This document shows, piece after piece, positions 1-8,904 of a stretch of DNA of 64,000 nucleotides. The position numbers and the translations under genes were made by a program. The notes below the pieces were generated by a model. It was not told where the DNA came from. It saw only the letters and a program-made list of their open reading frames with translations, and did no database searches. Position 1 is the stretch's first letter. Each line of letters begins with the position of its first letter. Location of the stretch: contig JBCNVM010000006.1 of the NCBI GenBank assembly GCA_039630085.1, positions 1 to 64,000 of the forward strand, given 5' to 3'. The stretch is from Candidatus Caldarchaeales archaeon. Its GTDB lineage: Archaea > Thermoproteota > Nitrososphaeria_A > Caldarchaeales > Calditenuaceae.

Positions 1-1079
1 TAGGCGCCGGGAGAGGCGCCGGGCGAGACGTAGACCTCGAAGGCGTCCCGCACCTCGACAACCTCGCCGGGCTTAACTGCGTCGAGCCAGACGGTCGAAG
101 GCGTCAGCACGACCAGCGGAGAGCCGGGCTGCGACGCGACCGTGAGGAGGAGCTGGGAGACATCCTCGGTCCCACTGTTAGCCACCCGGACCGTCAGGAC
201 GTTCCTGGTTCCCGCAACTACCTCCTTCGGGAGGACCTCGAAGGAGAGCCTGACGCTCCCCCTCAGGGAAACTTCGAGGGCGTAAATGTAAGTCCTCTTG
301 GTGCCCCACTCGAGGGAGTAACTGAGGCTGAGCTCGACCCTCGCGGACTTCGCCGATGTCCTCGAGACCAAGTCGAAGGCCAGCGTGATCAGGGTGCCGG
401 TCAACCTTCCGACCGCCGACTTGGCGACCTTGGAACCTGCAGGCGTCTCGAGACCCTCTGGCAGCCTGAGCTCTCCCACCGCGTCCGAGATGGCCGTGAG
501 CTCCGGCAGCCTCAGCGAGACGACCAGCCTGCCCGCGGCGCCGGTCTCGGGCGGAAGGCCTCCCGACCACGACGCGTCCACCAGCTCCGGCTTCCCGGGC
601 TCGCCGACGAGCCTCACCTTCACCCGCTCGAGGGACCGGCCAGTCTCGAACTCGCCGCGCGCGTTGACGTACTGGTAACCGAGCTGGACGTAGAGCTCGT
701 AGTCACCCGGCGCCGCTCGAGGGTCCACGTCGAGCTCGAACGTGATGTGCGTGATCTCGCCGGACCTCACGGTGAGGCTGTTGTAGGCAAAGGCCCCGGA
801 TCCCCCATCGGAAGGGCTGAAGGGTGAACGGTCGAGCAGGAGCTCCCCGACCAGCGAGACCAGCGCCTCCCTCCTCGCGTTGATGACCGCGACCGTGAGG
901 GGCATCGACCTGTCCCCGGGTCCGGCCTCTACCCTAGCCCCAGGCCTCCCCCAATAGGCGTCAAGGACCGAGACCTCGTTAGCGGGAGGCAGCCTCTCGG
1001 CGGCGGCCGTCCGGACCAGGAGGGTCGACGGGGAGAAGAGGATCGCGAGGACGAGCGCGACCAGGACCGCGGACCTCAA
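1..1079 (-). CDS. Secreted/surface protein, COG1361 S-layer-like family with repeated Ig-like modules; runs off the left edge of the window
   Basis: Not in the ORF track; translated by hand from TTG at 1079. MRSAVLVALVLAILFSPSTLLVRTAAA is a signal peptide, followed by VLDAYWG..VEAGPGDRSMPLTVAVIN, FELDVDPRAAPGDYELYVQLGY and NVLTVRVANSG. No stop before position 1. Confidence 0.7.
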   Translation of the reverse strand, partial: MRSAVLVALVLAILFSPSTLLVRTAAAERLPPANEVSVLDAYWGRPGARVEAGPGDRSMPLTVAVINARREALVSLVGELLLDRSPFSPSDGGSGAFAYNSLTVRSGEITHITFELDVDPRAAPGDYELYVQLGYQYVNARGEFETGRSLERVKVRLVGEPGKPELVDASWSGGLPPETGAAGRLVVSLRLPELTAISDAVGELRLPEGLETPAGSKVAKSAVGRLTGTLITLAFDLVSRTSAKSARVELSLSYSLEWGTKRTYIYALEVSLRGSVRLSFEVLPKEVVAGTRNVLTVRVANSGTEDVSQLLLTVASQPGSPLVVLTPSTVWLDAVKPGEVVEVRDAFEVYVSPGASPGA

Positions 1080-1102
1080 GGACCCGCCTCACTCCCCTGG
1101 CA

Positions 1103-1849
1103 TCAGATCGAGGCGTCCCACTCCTCGACGAAGACGACCCTCGTCACGCCCTTCAGGTGCTCAAGGATCTCCCTCGCGAGGGCCCTCTTCACCAGCTGAA
1201 TCCCCGAGATCAGGTAGACCTCCTTCGGGAACCTCACGACGACCTTCCCGTCCTCGAGGCTGACCTGTGTGTTGCCCCTGTTCACCTCCGGGATCCGGGA
1301 ATGGAGGAGCGCGTAGACCTTCTCGAGGTCGTCGGTGATTATCCTCCTGACCCTGAGGTCGCAGACCAACGTCTTCCCGGCGAGGTGGTGGTTGAAGTCG
1401 ACTTGGACCCTGCCCGAAGATATGCTCCTCACGACGCACTCCTTGCCGTCGATGATCAGCCTAGTCCCGACCGCGATCGGCTGGTCCAAGTCCCTCAGCC
1501 GCCTCAGCGGTATCACCCTCACCTTGCTCGGGTCCCTCTGCCCGAAGGCCCTCTCCGGCGGTATCTCGAAGGTCTTCGACTCGTCCTCCCGCATCCCCAC
1601 CATCTCCTCCTCGATCGCCCTGAGGAGCATGCCCCTCCCGACGACGGTCAGCCTGGGCTCGAAGACAGCTGCTCCGGCTTCCATCACGGCCTCCTTCGCC
1701 ACCTCCTCGAGCGTCGTGTCGACAAGCTCCCCCGTCTCCTTCACCCTGAGCGTGTAGTCGACCTCGACGAAGCTCCCCTGCTCGACGACCTTGCCCGCCG
1801 AGCCCGCCTGCGCCTCCGCCATCACCAGAGCAGGAGCCGCTACGTCCAT
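1103..1849 (-). CDS. slyD: Long-type archaeal FKBP peptidyl-prolyl cis-trans isomerase/chaperone
   Basis: FVEVDYTLRVKETGELVDTT, IPPERAFGQRDP and VDFNHHLAGKTL motifs. True start may be the ATG at 1822. Confidence 0.9.
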   Translation of the reverse strand: MDVAAPALVMAEAQAGSAGKVVEQGSFVEVDYTLRVKETGELVDTTLEEVAKEAVMEAGAAVFEPRLTVVGRGMLLRAIEEEMVGMREDESKTFEIPPERAFGQRDPSKVRVIPLRRLRDLDQPIAVGTRLIIDGKECVVRSISSGRVQVDFNHHLAGKTLVCDLRVRRIITDDLEKVYALLHSRIPEVNRGNTQVSLEDGKVVVRFPKEVYLISGIQLVKRALAREILEHLKGVTRVVFVEEWDASI

Positions 1850-2421
1850 AAAAATCCGAGGAGTCAGATCGCCGCGCGCCGCCCCCTCGGTTACAGAGAG
1901 GCTCGAGAGGCACGACTTAGGGTTCAGGCCCGTTCGACTGGAAGAAGCTCACTCACGCTGTGTTAAGAGAGACGCGTCGGGGAGTTCCCGAGAGGGCGCG
2001 AGACCTGCGGCGGTCACGGCGCTCTTGGCTCTGGCGGTCGGTGCGGTCGCGGATACTTCTCGGCCGAGCGCGATGCGGCTGAGGTCCCTGGGAACCTTAC
2101 CGGATTCATGCGCACGACGACCGTTATGATATGGACGACGCGCCGGTGACGGGCTCGCACAGCCAGCCGGTGCCCCTGGTTAGCGTCGATCACACCGCCC
2201 CGCACGCGCTGAACGTCTACTTCTGACCCGACTTGAACGGCCTCGCCGAAGTGAGGGATCTTCCCGGACGGGTCACGTCCCGCGGAGTGCACGCCGTGCG
2301 CGCAACAGAACTGATTTCGAGCCGGCGCTGTTCGACGACTCCGACACGTCTTGATTCCGTCTCCTGATCCCAGTTTCGATTCACAGACACACATTTAATT
2401 TAATCATAAAAAGCGATGTGT

Positions 2422-3564
2422 TCAGTTTCCGCCGGGCGCTCCCAGCGGCAGGTTTATCCACGGCCATTCGAAGACGCTGTCGTCGTCGAACCACGCGTAG
2501 TAACCGACTGGAACTCTCTGCAGGATGCAGCGGGTGTGGTCGCAGTTAGAGGCGGGCTGCTCGCGGCCGAAGGCGTCGGTCCAGAAGTATTCCGATCCCG
2601 AGTTGCCCCATCCGAAGTCTGGATGTTCGACGGCTCTCAGGTTGCCGAGGAAGAAGCTCCGCGGGTCTCCGAACGGCAGACCCTCGACTTCGCTGCATAC
2701 CGGGTAAACCCGCGAGAGGTTCCCTACCTTCATGTACGTCATGGGGTTGTACACCCCTATGCCGGGGGCTGCGAAGAACCTCGCTCCGTGAATCGTTCCC
2801 GTGCCGACCCGGACGCTGAAGTACCAGACCTCGTAGAAGAGGCGCCTACTGACGCATTCCTCGTCCGGGACGATTCTGTCACCGACCCTCGGGCCGCACT
2901 TGGGGTTGAGGTTCCCCGTGTCGCCCATCACGTTCACGCTGGTCCTCCTGCCCGCAGCGTCCACGATGTCTATCTGTATGCTGTGAAAGGCGCGGACCAA
3001 TCTCGCCGCACCGGCAGTCCCCTGATGGACGACGATCCTCCATTCAGCGTTGTTTCCCATCCCGTCGCCCGTTCGGGGCTTGTAGAAGACCTTGAACCCT
3101 GCGTGGGCCGCTATCTCCTCGACCATACCCGCGATCTTCGCCGCGTACCCGAAGGCCGGGAGGTCCCGGAAGCTCCCCTGCACCGGGTTGTCTCCGTGTT
3201 CGTGTGCGAACGTGCAAGTGCCCCGTGAGGGGTTGCTGGGATCTATGGGGACCGTGACCGGGTGCCATGTCCGGTATTTCCGGTCATCCGGTCCGATGAC
3301 GTAATACCTGTCGTGGACTTCCGGCGGGCAGGTACCTAAGATAGCCGGGTTGACCGCTGGAAAAGTGTCCGAATACTGCGCCGTCGTGGTGGTCGTCGTG
3401 GACGTTACCGTTGTGGTGGTCGTCCTCGTCGTCGTTCTGGTCCGCGTGGTTCTCGTCGTGGTAGTTCTCCGCTGGGACTGTGCCTCGGCAGATTCAAGGA
3501 CCAGCGTAGTAAGCAGGAGTATTACGACTGCCACCGCTAGGACGGCGGGCAGCCTGGAGTTCAT
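2422..3564 (-). CDS. Secreted protein of unknown function: signal peptide, Thr/Arg-rich linker, His/Cys-rich domain
   Basis: 380-aa ORF with hydrophobic N-terminus ending AEA-Q, poly-Thr linker, and TWHP, CTFAHEHGDNP, HAGFK motifs. AT-rich promoter upstream and T-tract (A-run 2408-2412) downstream. Confidence 0.75.
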   Translation of the reverse strand: MNSRLPAVLAVAVVILLLTTLVLESAEAQSQRRTTTTRTTRTRTTTRTTTTTVTSTTTTTTAQYSDTFPAVNPAILGTCPPEVHDRYYVIGPDDRKYRTWHPVTVPIDPSNPSRGTCTFAHEHGDNPVQGSFRDLPAFGYAAKIAGMVEEIAAHAGFKVFYKPRTGDGMGNNAEWRIVVHQGTAGAARLVRAFHSIQIDIVDAAGRRTSVNVMGDTGNLNPKCGPRVGDRIVPDEECVSRRLFYEVWYFSVRVGTGTIHGARFFAAPGIGVYNPMTYMKVGNLSRVYPVCSEVEGLPFGDPRSFFLGNLRAVEHPDFGWGNSGSEYFWTDAFGREQPASNCDHTRCILQRVPVGYYAWFDDDSVFEWPWINLPLGAPGGN

Positions 3565-3581
3565 GCCCCCGTCCCGCCAGG

Positions 3582-3600
3582 TTTATGCATAAAAGCTTTT
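3582..3600 (-). promoter_or_regulatory. TATA region of the secreted-protein gene, with two overlapping perfect palindromes (TTTATGCATAAA, AAAAGCTTTT)
   Basis: Lies about 20-35 nt upstream of the ATG at 3564, typical spacing for a leaderless archaeal transcript. Confidence 0.5.
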
Positions 3601-4025
3601 TGCGACAAGGCTGGGCGGTGAAATTCCAGAAGTTTTATGTGTAAAGGAGCACGGGAGACAACTAACGCCCGACGAAAGCTGCCGGCCCTCGTCTTTCAGA
3701 GCTGCAGGGGCGTCAGATCAATTACTTCAGGCTGAGGTTACGAGGGGAGGCATTCGAGTCCAGAGAGTGGGAGCGTCGGTCCCCTAAGTCCCATGCAGAC
3801 GATCGATGAGGCCGCAGACGTCATCGAGCGGGGAGGACCCCCGTTCACGTCATGCCTTCTCTCCTTCTCGAGAGAGGACTCGCGATGATCCTAACAAACG
3901 CTCCGCAGCGCCTGCGTCTTGAAAAAGGAGACTCGGAGGGATCCGCGAAACTTCGCGACCGTGCCCGATCTCCCGGCACGAGGACTCATTCGCCTCTTCG
4001 AGGCCAGCGTGGTTATCAGTCTTAT

Positions 4026-4361
4026 ATGGAGGACGGTCACTCGGTCCGTGCCGTGAGGGAGACGGTCGAGGTCGTGAGGAGGGTCGAGGAGGAGCTCGAC
4101 GGCCTCGAGTCGAGGGTCGAGGAGTTCTCGAGGCAGCTCGAGGAGCGCGCGGCGAGGCAGCTCGAGGAGCTGAGGGGGAGGGTGAGGGAGCTGGTCGAGT
4201 CGGAGAGGAGGAGGCTGACGGCGGAGCTCGAGGAGCAGCTCAGGGCCTATTCCGCCGAGGCCGGCGCGAAGTACTCGAGGAGGGTCGAGGAGCTGAGGAG
4301 GAGGTTCTCGGAAAGGAGAGAGGAGATCACTCAAGCGCTGGTGAGGGCGATCCTCGGCTGA
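4026..4361 (+). CDS. A/V-type ATP synthase peripheral-stalk subunit H(G)-like coiled-coil protein
   Basis: 111-aa E/R-rich helical protein ending RREEITQALVRAILG, immediately upstream of subunit C. ATG 4026 preferred over the track start at 3852. Confidence 0.6.
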   Translation: MEDGHSVRAVRETVEVVRRVEEELDGLESRVEEFSRQLEERAARQLEELRGRVRELVESERRRLTAELEEQLRAYSAEAGAKYSRRVEELRRRFSERREEITQALVRAILG

Positions 4362-4367
4362 TCGGGA

Positions 4368-5408
4368 ATGGACTCGAGGTACATCTACGTCCTCGCCTTC
4401 GCGACCAGGGGCAAGCTGCTGGAGAGGAGGGCGCTGGAGGACCTCGCCGACTCGAAGACCTTGGACGACTTGGTCACCGCGCTCAGGGCCACCCACTACT
4501 CGGAGGCCGTCTCAGAGCTCCCGCAGCCGGTCACCGCCAGGAGGGTCGAGCTGGCGCTGAGGAGGTACCTGTACCGATACCACCACTCGATGATCAGGTA
4601 CACCTCTTGGAACCCCGCGCTGGTCGCCCTCTTCGAGAGGTACGTCGTCAGGGAACTTAAGGCCGCCGTCAGGGGCATCGCGTCCGGGAAGTCGGTCGAC
4701 GAGGTGATGAGGGAGGTCGACCTCGTGCCCGCCGAGCTCCTAGGGGTCAGGGACGTGACAGCGAGGGCGGTGGCGTCGAGGTCCGCGACCGAGCTCAGGC
4801 TGGCCCTCAGGGGGACGAAGTACGAGGCTCCGGTGAACTCCGCGCTCGACTACTTCGAGAGGACCGGCGACCCCGCCGCGATAGACGTCGAGCTGGACAA
4901 GTCGATCGTCGGCTCCCTGTCGGCCTCGATCCGCGCCCTCAAGGGGACCGACAGGAGGTGGGTGAGGTGGATGGTCGAGCGCTACCTCAACTCGGTCGTC
5001 GTCGAGGCGGTGCTCAGGTCGAAGGCTTGGAGGCTCGAGCCGGGCGAGGTCAGGAGGGCGATAGAGGGCCTCGAGCACGGGATACCGCGTCCGGTGATGG
5101 AGGTCCTGCTGGAGAGCTCCGAGGCCGAGGCTGTCTCGAGGGCCCTTCAGCTCGTCGAGGGGAAGAGCCTGCCGCGTCTGACCGAGAGGCTGAGCCTGAC
5201 CGCGATGGCCTCACAGCTGAGGGAGAGGGCGTGGAAGGACCTGGTCTCGAGGGCGAGGAGGGCCTTCCTGATCACGGACTCGCACCTGGCCCTTGCCGTT
5301 GCTTCGGTCTTCCTCCTCGAGGACGAGGTCGCGCGGGTGACGTCGATCGCTACCGGGATCGAGATGGGCCTCGGGAAGGAGGAGATACTCGAGGTCGCAC
5401 TCTTCTGA
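4368..5408 (+). CDS. atpC: A/V-type ATP synthase subunit C
   Basis: YIYVLAFATRGKLL..LEDL..LRATHYSE N-terminus, 346 aa, C-terminal EDEVARVTSIATGIEMGL typical of AhaC/NtpC. Confidence 0.8.
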   Translation: MDSRYIYVLAFATRGKLLERRALEDLADSKTLDDLVTALRATHYSEAVSELPQPVTARRVELALRRYLYRYHHSMIRYTSWNPALVALFERYVVRELKAAVRGIASGKSVDEVMREVDLVPAELLGVRDVTARAVASRSATELRLALRGTKYEAPVNSALDYFERTGDPAAIDVELDKSIVGSLSASIRALKGTDRRWVRWMVERYLNSVVVEAVLRSKAWRLEPGEVRRAIEGLEHGIPRPVMEVLLESSEAEAVSRALQLVEGKSLPRLTERLSLTAMASQLRERAWKDLVSRARRAFLITDSHLALAVASVFLLEDEVARVTSIATGIEMGLGKEEILEVALF

Positions 5409-5464
5409 GGTCACCTGGCGGGGAGACCCGTCAGAGCCTCTGGTGGCGATCGGAACGCGTGACG

Positions 5465-5470
5465 AAAAAA
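5465..5470 (-). terminator. Oligo-T terminator downstream of the CoxL-like gene
   Basis: A6 on the + strand (T6 on the - strand), about 30 nt after the stop at 5502. Confidence 0.45.
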
Positions 5471-5501
5471 GGGAGCTCTAGGAGGATTCCTATGTGAGAA
5501 C

Positions 5502-7859
5502 TCATTTCGCGACTGACTTTATCGCCCTCAGGACCTTCTCCGGCGTCAGCGGCATGTCGAGGTGCTTGACGCCGAGGTGGGCCAGCGCGTCGAGGACCGC
5601 GTTCACGACGGCAGGCGTGGAGGCTATCGTCCCCGCCTCTCCGATCCCCTTCACCCCGAGCGGGTTGTGCGGCGAAGGCGTGACCGTCGAGTCGGTGACG
5701 ATGTCCGGGATCTCGACAGCGGTCGGGACCAGGTAGTCGTTCAGGGTCGAGGTGAGAAGGTTGCCCGACGCGTCGTAGGCCGCCTCCTCGTAGAGCGCCT
5801 GCGCGAGCCCCTGAGCGATGCCCCCGTGTATCTGGCCCTCGACGATCATCGGGTTGATCTGGTTGCCGCAGTCGTCGACCGCGACGTACTTCAGCAGCTT
5901 GACCTGTCCGCTGTCCCGGTCCACCTCGACGACGCAGACGTGCGTCCCGAACGGGAAGGTGAAGTTCGGCGGGTCGTAGAAGACCGTCGCCTCAAGTCCC
6001 GGCTCCATGCCGCTGGGGATCTCGTTGGCTCCGGCTCCGTAGGCCGCGAACGCGACCTCTTGTATCGTCTTGGACTTCTCGGGAGCCTCCCTGACGTAGA
6101 ACCTCCCCGCCTCGAAGGCTAGGTCCTCCTCCCTCACCTCGAGCATGTGGGCCGCGATCCTCTTGGCCTTCTCGATCACCTTGTCGCACGCGAGGGCGAT
6201 CGCTCCGCCCGCGACCGGCGTCGTCCTGCTCCCGTAGGTGCCCATCCCGAACGGCACCTGATCGGTGTCGCCGTGGATCACCTCGACGTCCTCCAGCGGC
6301 ACGCCCAGCTTGTCGGCCACTATCTGGGCGAAGGTCGTCTCCTCGCCCTGGCCGTGCGGGTGCCCTCCCGTGAAGACCGAGACCTTCCCGGTCGGGTGGA
6401 CCCTCACGACCGTGCTCTCCCAGAGGCCGAGCCCGAACCCCAGCGACCTCACCGCGGCCGACGGCCCCATCCCGCAGACCTCGACGTAGCTGGAGATCCC
6501 GATCCCGATCAGCCTGCCCATCTCCCTTGCCCTCCTCTGCTCCTCCCTCCACCTGTGGTAGTCGACGAGCTCCAGCGCCCTCCTGAAGGCCCTCTCGTAG
6601 TCGCCGCTGTCGTAGACCAGGGCTATCGGGGTCTGGTACGGGAACCTGTCCTTCGGTATGAAGTTCCTCGCCCTGACATCCGCCGGGTCCATCCCTAGCT
6701 CCCTCGCGACGAGGTCCATCACCCGCTCGAGGATGTAGGTCGCCTCCGGCCTGCCCGCGCCCCTGTAGGCGTCGACCGGAGCCGTGTTGGTCAGGGCCCC
6801 TATCACCTCTACCGATATCCCCCTGATCGCGTACGGGCCCGAGAGCATCGGCCCGAAGAGGATCGTGGGTATGCCCGGGGCCGCCGTTGAGATGTACGCT
6901 CCGAGGTTCGCGTAGGACCTCACCCTGAGGCCCAGGACCTTCCCGTCCTTCGTAGCCGCCGCCTCCACGTACTGGACGTGGTCCCTTCCGTGGATCGTGG
7001 AGGTGAAGTTCTCTTGCCTCGTCTCGACCCACTCGACCGGCAGCTCCAGCCTCTTCGCGAGGTGAAGGACCACGGCCTCGGGGCCGTAGCAGTGGATCTT
7101 CGACCCGAAGCCGCCTCCCACGTCGTAGGAGACCACCCTCAGCTTGTGCTCGGGCGTCCCCGTGATCGCGGAGAGAAGGAGCCTGTGGACGTGCGGGTTC
7201 TGCGTCGTCAAGTAGATCGTAGACCTGTCAGAGAACCTGTCGTAGACCGCGAGCGCGGCCCTCGTCTCCAGCGCGGCGGGCTGGAGCCTCGAGTTCACCA
7301 TCCTCTGCTTGACCACGACGTCCGCCCGCGAGAACGCGGCCTCGACGTCCCCTCCCGATGCCCTCCAGGTGAAGGCCCTGTTATCGGGGACCTCGTCGTA
7401 GAGCAGCGGAGCTCCGGGCTGTACGGCCTTCTCCGGATCGGTCACCGCAGGGAGCTGCTCGAACTCGGCCCTCACGAGCCCCGCTGCGTCCGCGGCCGCG
7501 TAGGGAGAGCGGGCCACGACCACTGCGTAGGGGTCGCCGACGTACCTGACCTTGTCGACCGCGACCGGCATGTACTTCGGGACCTTGAGGTCGGCGCCCG
7601 GTATCTGCCAGGCCGTGGGGACGGGACCGATCGAGTCCGCGAGGTCGCGGCCCGTGAAGACCGCGATCACGCCGTCCGCCCTCTGCGCCCTCGAGACGTC
7701 GACGGACTTGATCCTCGCGTGGGCGTACGGGCTCCTCACGAAGTGGGCGTAGACCGTGCCCGGGAGCGCGATGTCCGCGGTGAACCTCCCCTTCCCGGTG
7801 ATCAGCCTCGGGTCCTCCTTCCTCTTAACCCTGGCACCGAACAGTTTAGTTACGGCCAT
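5502..7859 (-). CDS. Molybdopterin hydroxylase large subunit, form II CoxL-like / glyceraldehyde oxidoreductase CutA type
   Basis: [22 protein letters not shown], active-site loop [10 protein letters not shown] (form II; form I CODH has AYXCSFR), [16 protein letters not shown]. Confidence 0.9.
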   Translation of the reverse strand: MAVTKLFGARVKRKEDPRLITGKGRFTADIALPGTVYAHFVRSPYAHARIKSVDVSRAQRADGVIAVFTGRDLADSIGPVPTAWQIPGADLKVPKYMPVAVDKVRYVGDPYAVVVARSPYAAADAAGLVRAEFEQLPAVTDPEKAVQPGAPLLYDEVPDNRAFTWRASGGDVEAAFSRADVVVKQRMVNSRLQPAALETRAALAVYDRFSDRSTIYLTTQNPHVHRLLLSAITGTPEHKLRVVSYDVGGGFGSKIHCYGPEAVVLHLAKRLELPVEWVETRQENFTSTIHGRDHVQYVEAAATKDGKVLGLRVRSYANLGAYISTAAPGIPTILFGPMLSGPYAIRGISVEVIGALTNTAPVDAYRGAGRPEATYILERVMDLVARELGMDPADVRARNFIPKDRFPYQTPIALVYDSGDYERAFRRALELVDYHRWREEQRRAREMGRLIGIGISSYVEVCGMGPSAAVRSLGFGLGLWESTVVRVHPTGKVSVFTGGHPHGQGEETTFAQIVADKLGVPLEDVEVIHGDTDQVPFGMGTYGSRTTPVAGGAIALACDKVIEKAKRIAAHMLEVREEDLAFEAGRFYVREAPEKSKTIQEVAFAAYGAGANEIPSGMEPGLEATVFYDPPNFTFPFGTHVCVVEVDRDSGQVKLLKYVAVDDCGNQINPMIVEGQIHGGIAQGLAQALYEEAAYDASGNLLTSTLNDYLVPTAVEIPDIVTDSTVTPSPHNPLGVKGIGEAGTIASTPAVVNAVLDALAHLGVKHLDMPLTPEKVLRAIKSVAK

Positions 7860-7923
7860 GCAGAGGTAGATCTCCGGCCGATAGAAAATTTTTTCGACGA
7901 ACGCGGGGTTGAGTTCGGAGGAG

Positions 7924-8397
7924 ATGTCGGGAGGCGAGGGCTCCGCGGCCAGGACCAGGACGAGGAGGGAGAGGTCGGCGGGGTGCGTCGTCTTCCACTC
8001 CTCGCCGGACGGCCGGAGGAGGTACCTCGTGCTCCACTACCCGAACGGGCACTGGGACTTCCCGAAGGGCCACGTCGAGAGGGGAGAGGACGACTTCGCG
8101 GCGGCCCTCAGGGAGCTCCGCGAGGAGACCGGGATATCGCGGGTCGAGCCGGTCCTCGGCTTCAGGAGGGAGATCTCCTACTTCTTCACGGACTCGGGGG
8201 AACTGGTCGCCAAGAAGGTCGTCTACTTCGCAGCGAGGGCGCTGAGCTCGGAGGTCAAGCTCTCGGAGGAGCACTTGGGCTACGAGTGGCTCGCGTACGA
8301 GGACGCGGTGAAGAGGCTCTCCTTCAGGAGCTCGAGGGCGCTGCTCGAGGAGGTCGAGAGGTTCCTGGCTTCGCAGTCCGAGGCTCCGCCGGCCTGA
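7924..8397 (+). CDS. Nudix hydrolase, Ap4A hydrolase-like
   Basis: ERSAGCVVF, GHWDFPKGHVERGEDDFAAALRELREETGI Nudix box, LSEEHLGYEWL. Confidence 0.9.
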   Translation: MSGGEGSAARTRTRRERSAGCVVFHSSPDGRRRYLVLHYPNGHWDFPKGHVERGEDDFAAALRELREETGISRVEPVLGFRREISYFFTDSGELVAKKVVYFAARALSSEVKLSEEHLGYEWLAYEDAVKRLSFRSSRALLEEVERFLASQSEAPPA

Positions 8398-8422
8398 AAG
8401 TCCGGTCCAGCTGCCTCGATCG

Positions 8423-8755
8423 TCAGAGGACCTGGGCTCCCTGCTGTATGTCCCTCTCCGGGACTATCGGAACGACGTTGGACTCGTCGGTCATCGCGGC
8501 CAGTATCATGCACTCCGAGACCAGCCCCCTCACCTTCTTCGGCCTAAGGTTGGTCACGAAGACGAACTTCCTGTTGACGAAGTGCTCCGGGCCGTAGAGG
8601 TGCCCCAGCCCCGCGAGCGCCTGCTTCCTGAAAGTCCCGAAGTCGACCGTCAGCCTGATCAGCCTGTCCGTCCCCTGGACCCTCTCGGCCTCGATCACCA
8701 TCCCGACCCTGATCTCCGCGCGCCTAAACTCCGAGATGTCCAGCTCCGACGACAA
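8423..8755 (-). CDS. tRNA-binding OB-fold protein (Trbp111/CsaA/MetRS C-terminal-like)
   Basis: EFRRAEIRVGMVIEAERVQGTDRLIRLTVDFG and VTNLRPKKVRGLVSECMILA. TTG 8755 preferred as start. Confidence 0.88.
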   Translation of the reverse strand: MSSELDISEFRRAEIRVGMVIEAERVQGTDRLIRLTVDFGTFRKQALAGLGHLYGPEHFVNRKFVFVTNLRPKKVRGLVSECMILAAMTDESNVVPIVPERDIQQGAQVL

Positions 8756-8904
8756 GCCGCTGCCCGTCCAGCGGGCCTGTTGATTAAGGTGGCGAAGCAT
8801 CTGGCGGCGATCGGTTCCCGACCGGGGAGTACGGGACTAATGCGACGCCTTGGCTTCACGCACTCCAGTTAAATACGGATCGGGGCGAGGGGCACGGGGG
8901 AAGG

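Noticed and set aside
3380-3470. GTC/GTG-rich low-complexity repeat
   Set aside because: It encodes the Thr/Arg linker of the secreted protein; not a CRISPR array or independent repeat.
6978-8597. Long alternative-frame and antisense ORFs (e.g. 6978-8597, 11748-13283, 39029-41383, 52264-54231, 60559-62820)
   Set aside because: They shadow well-supported genes, have R/P/G/D-rich composition without motifs, and are expected from stop-codon scarcity at high GC3.
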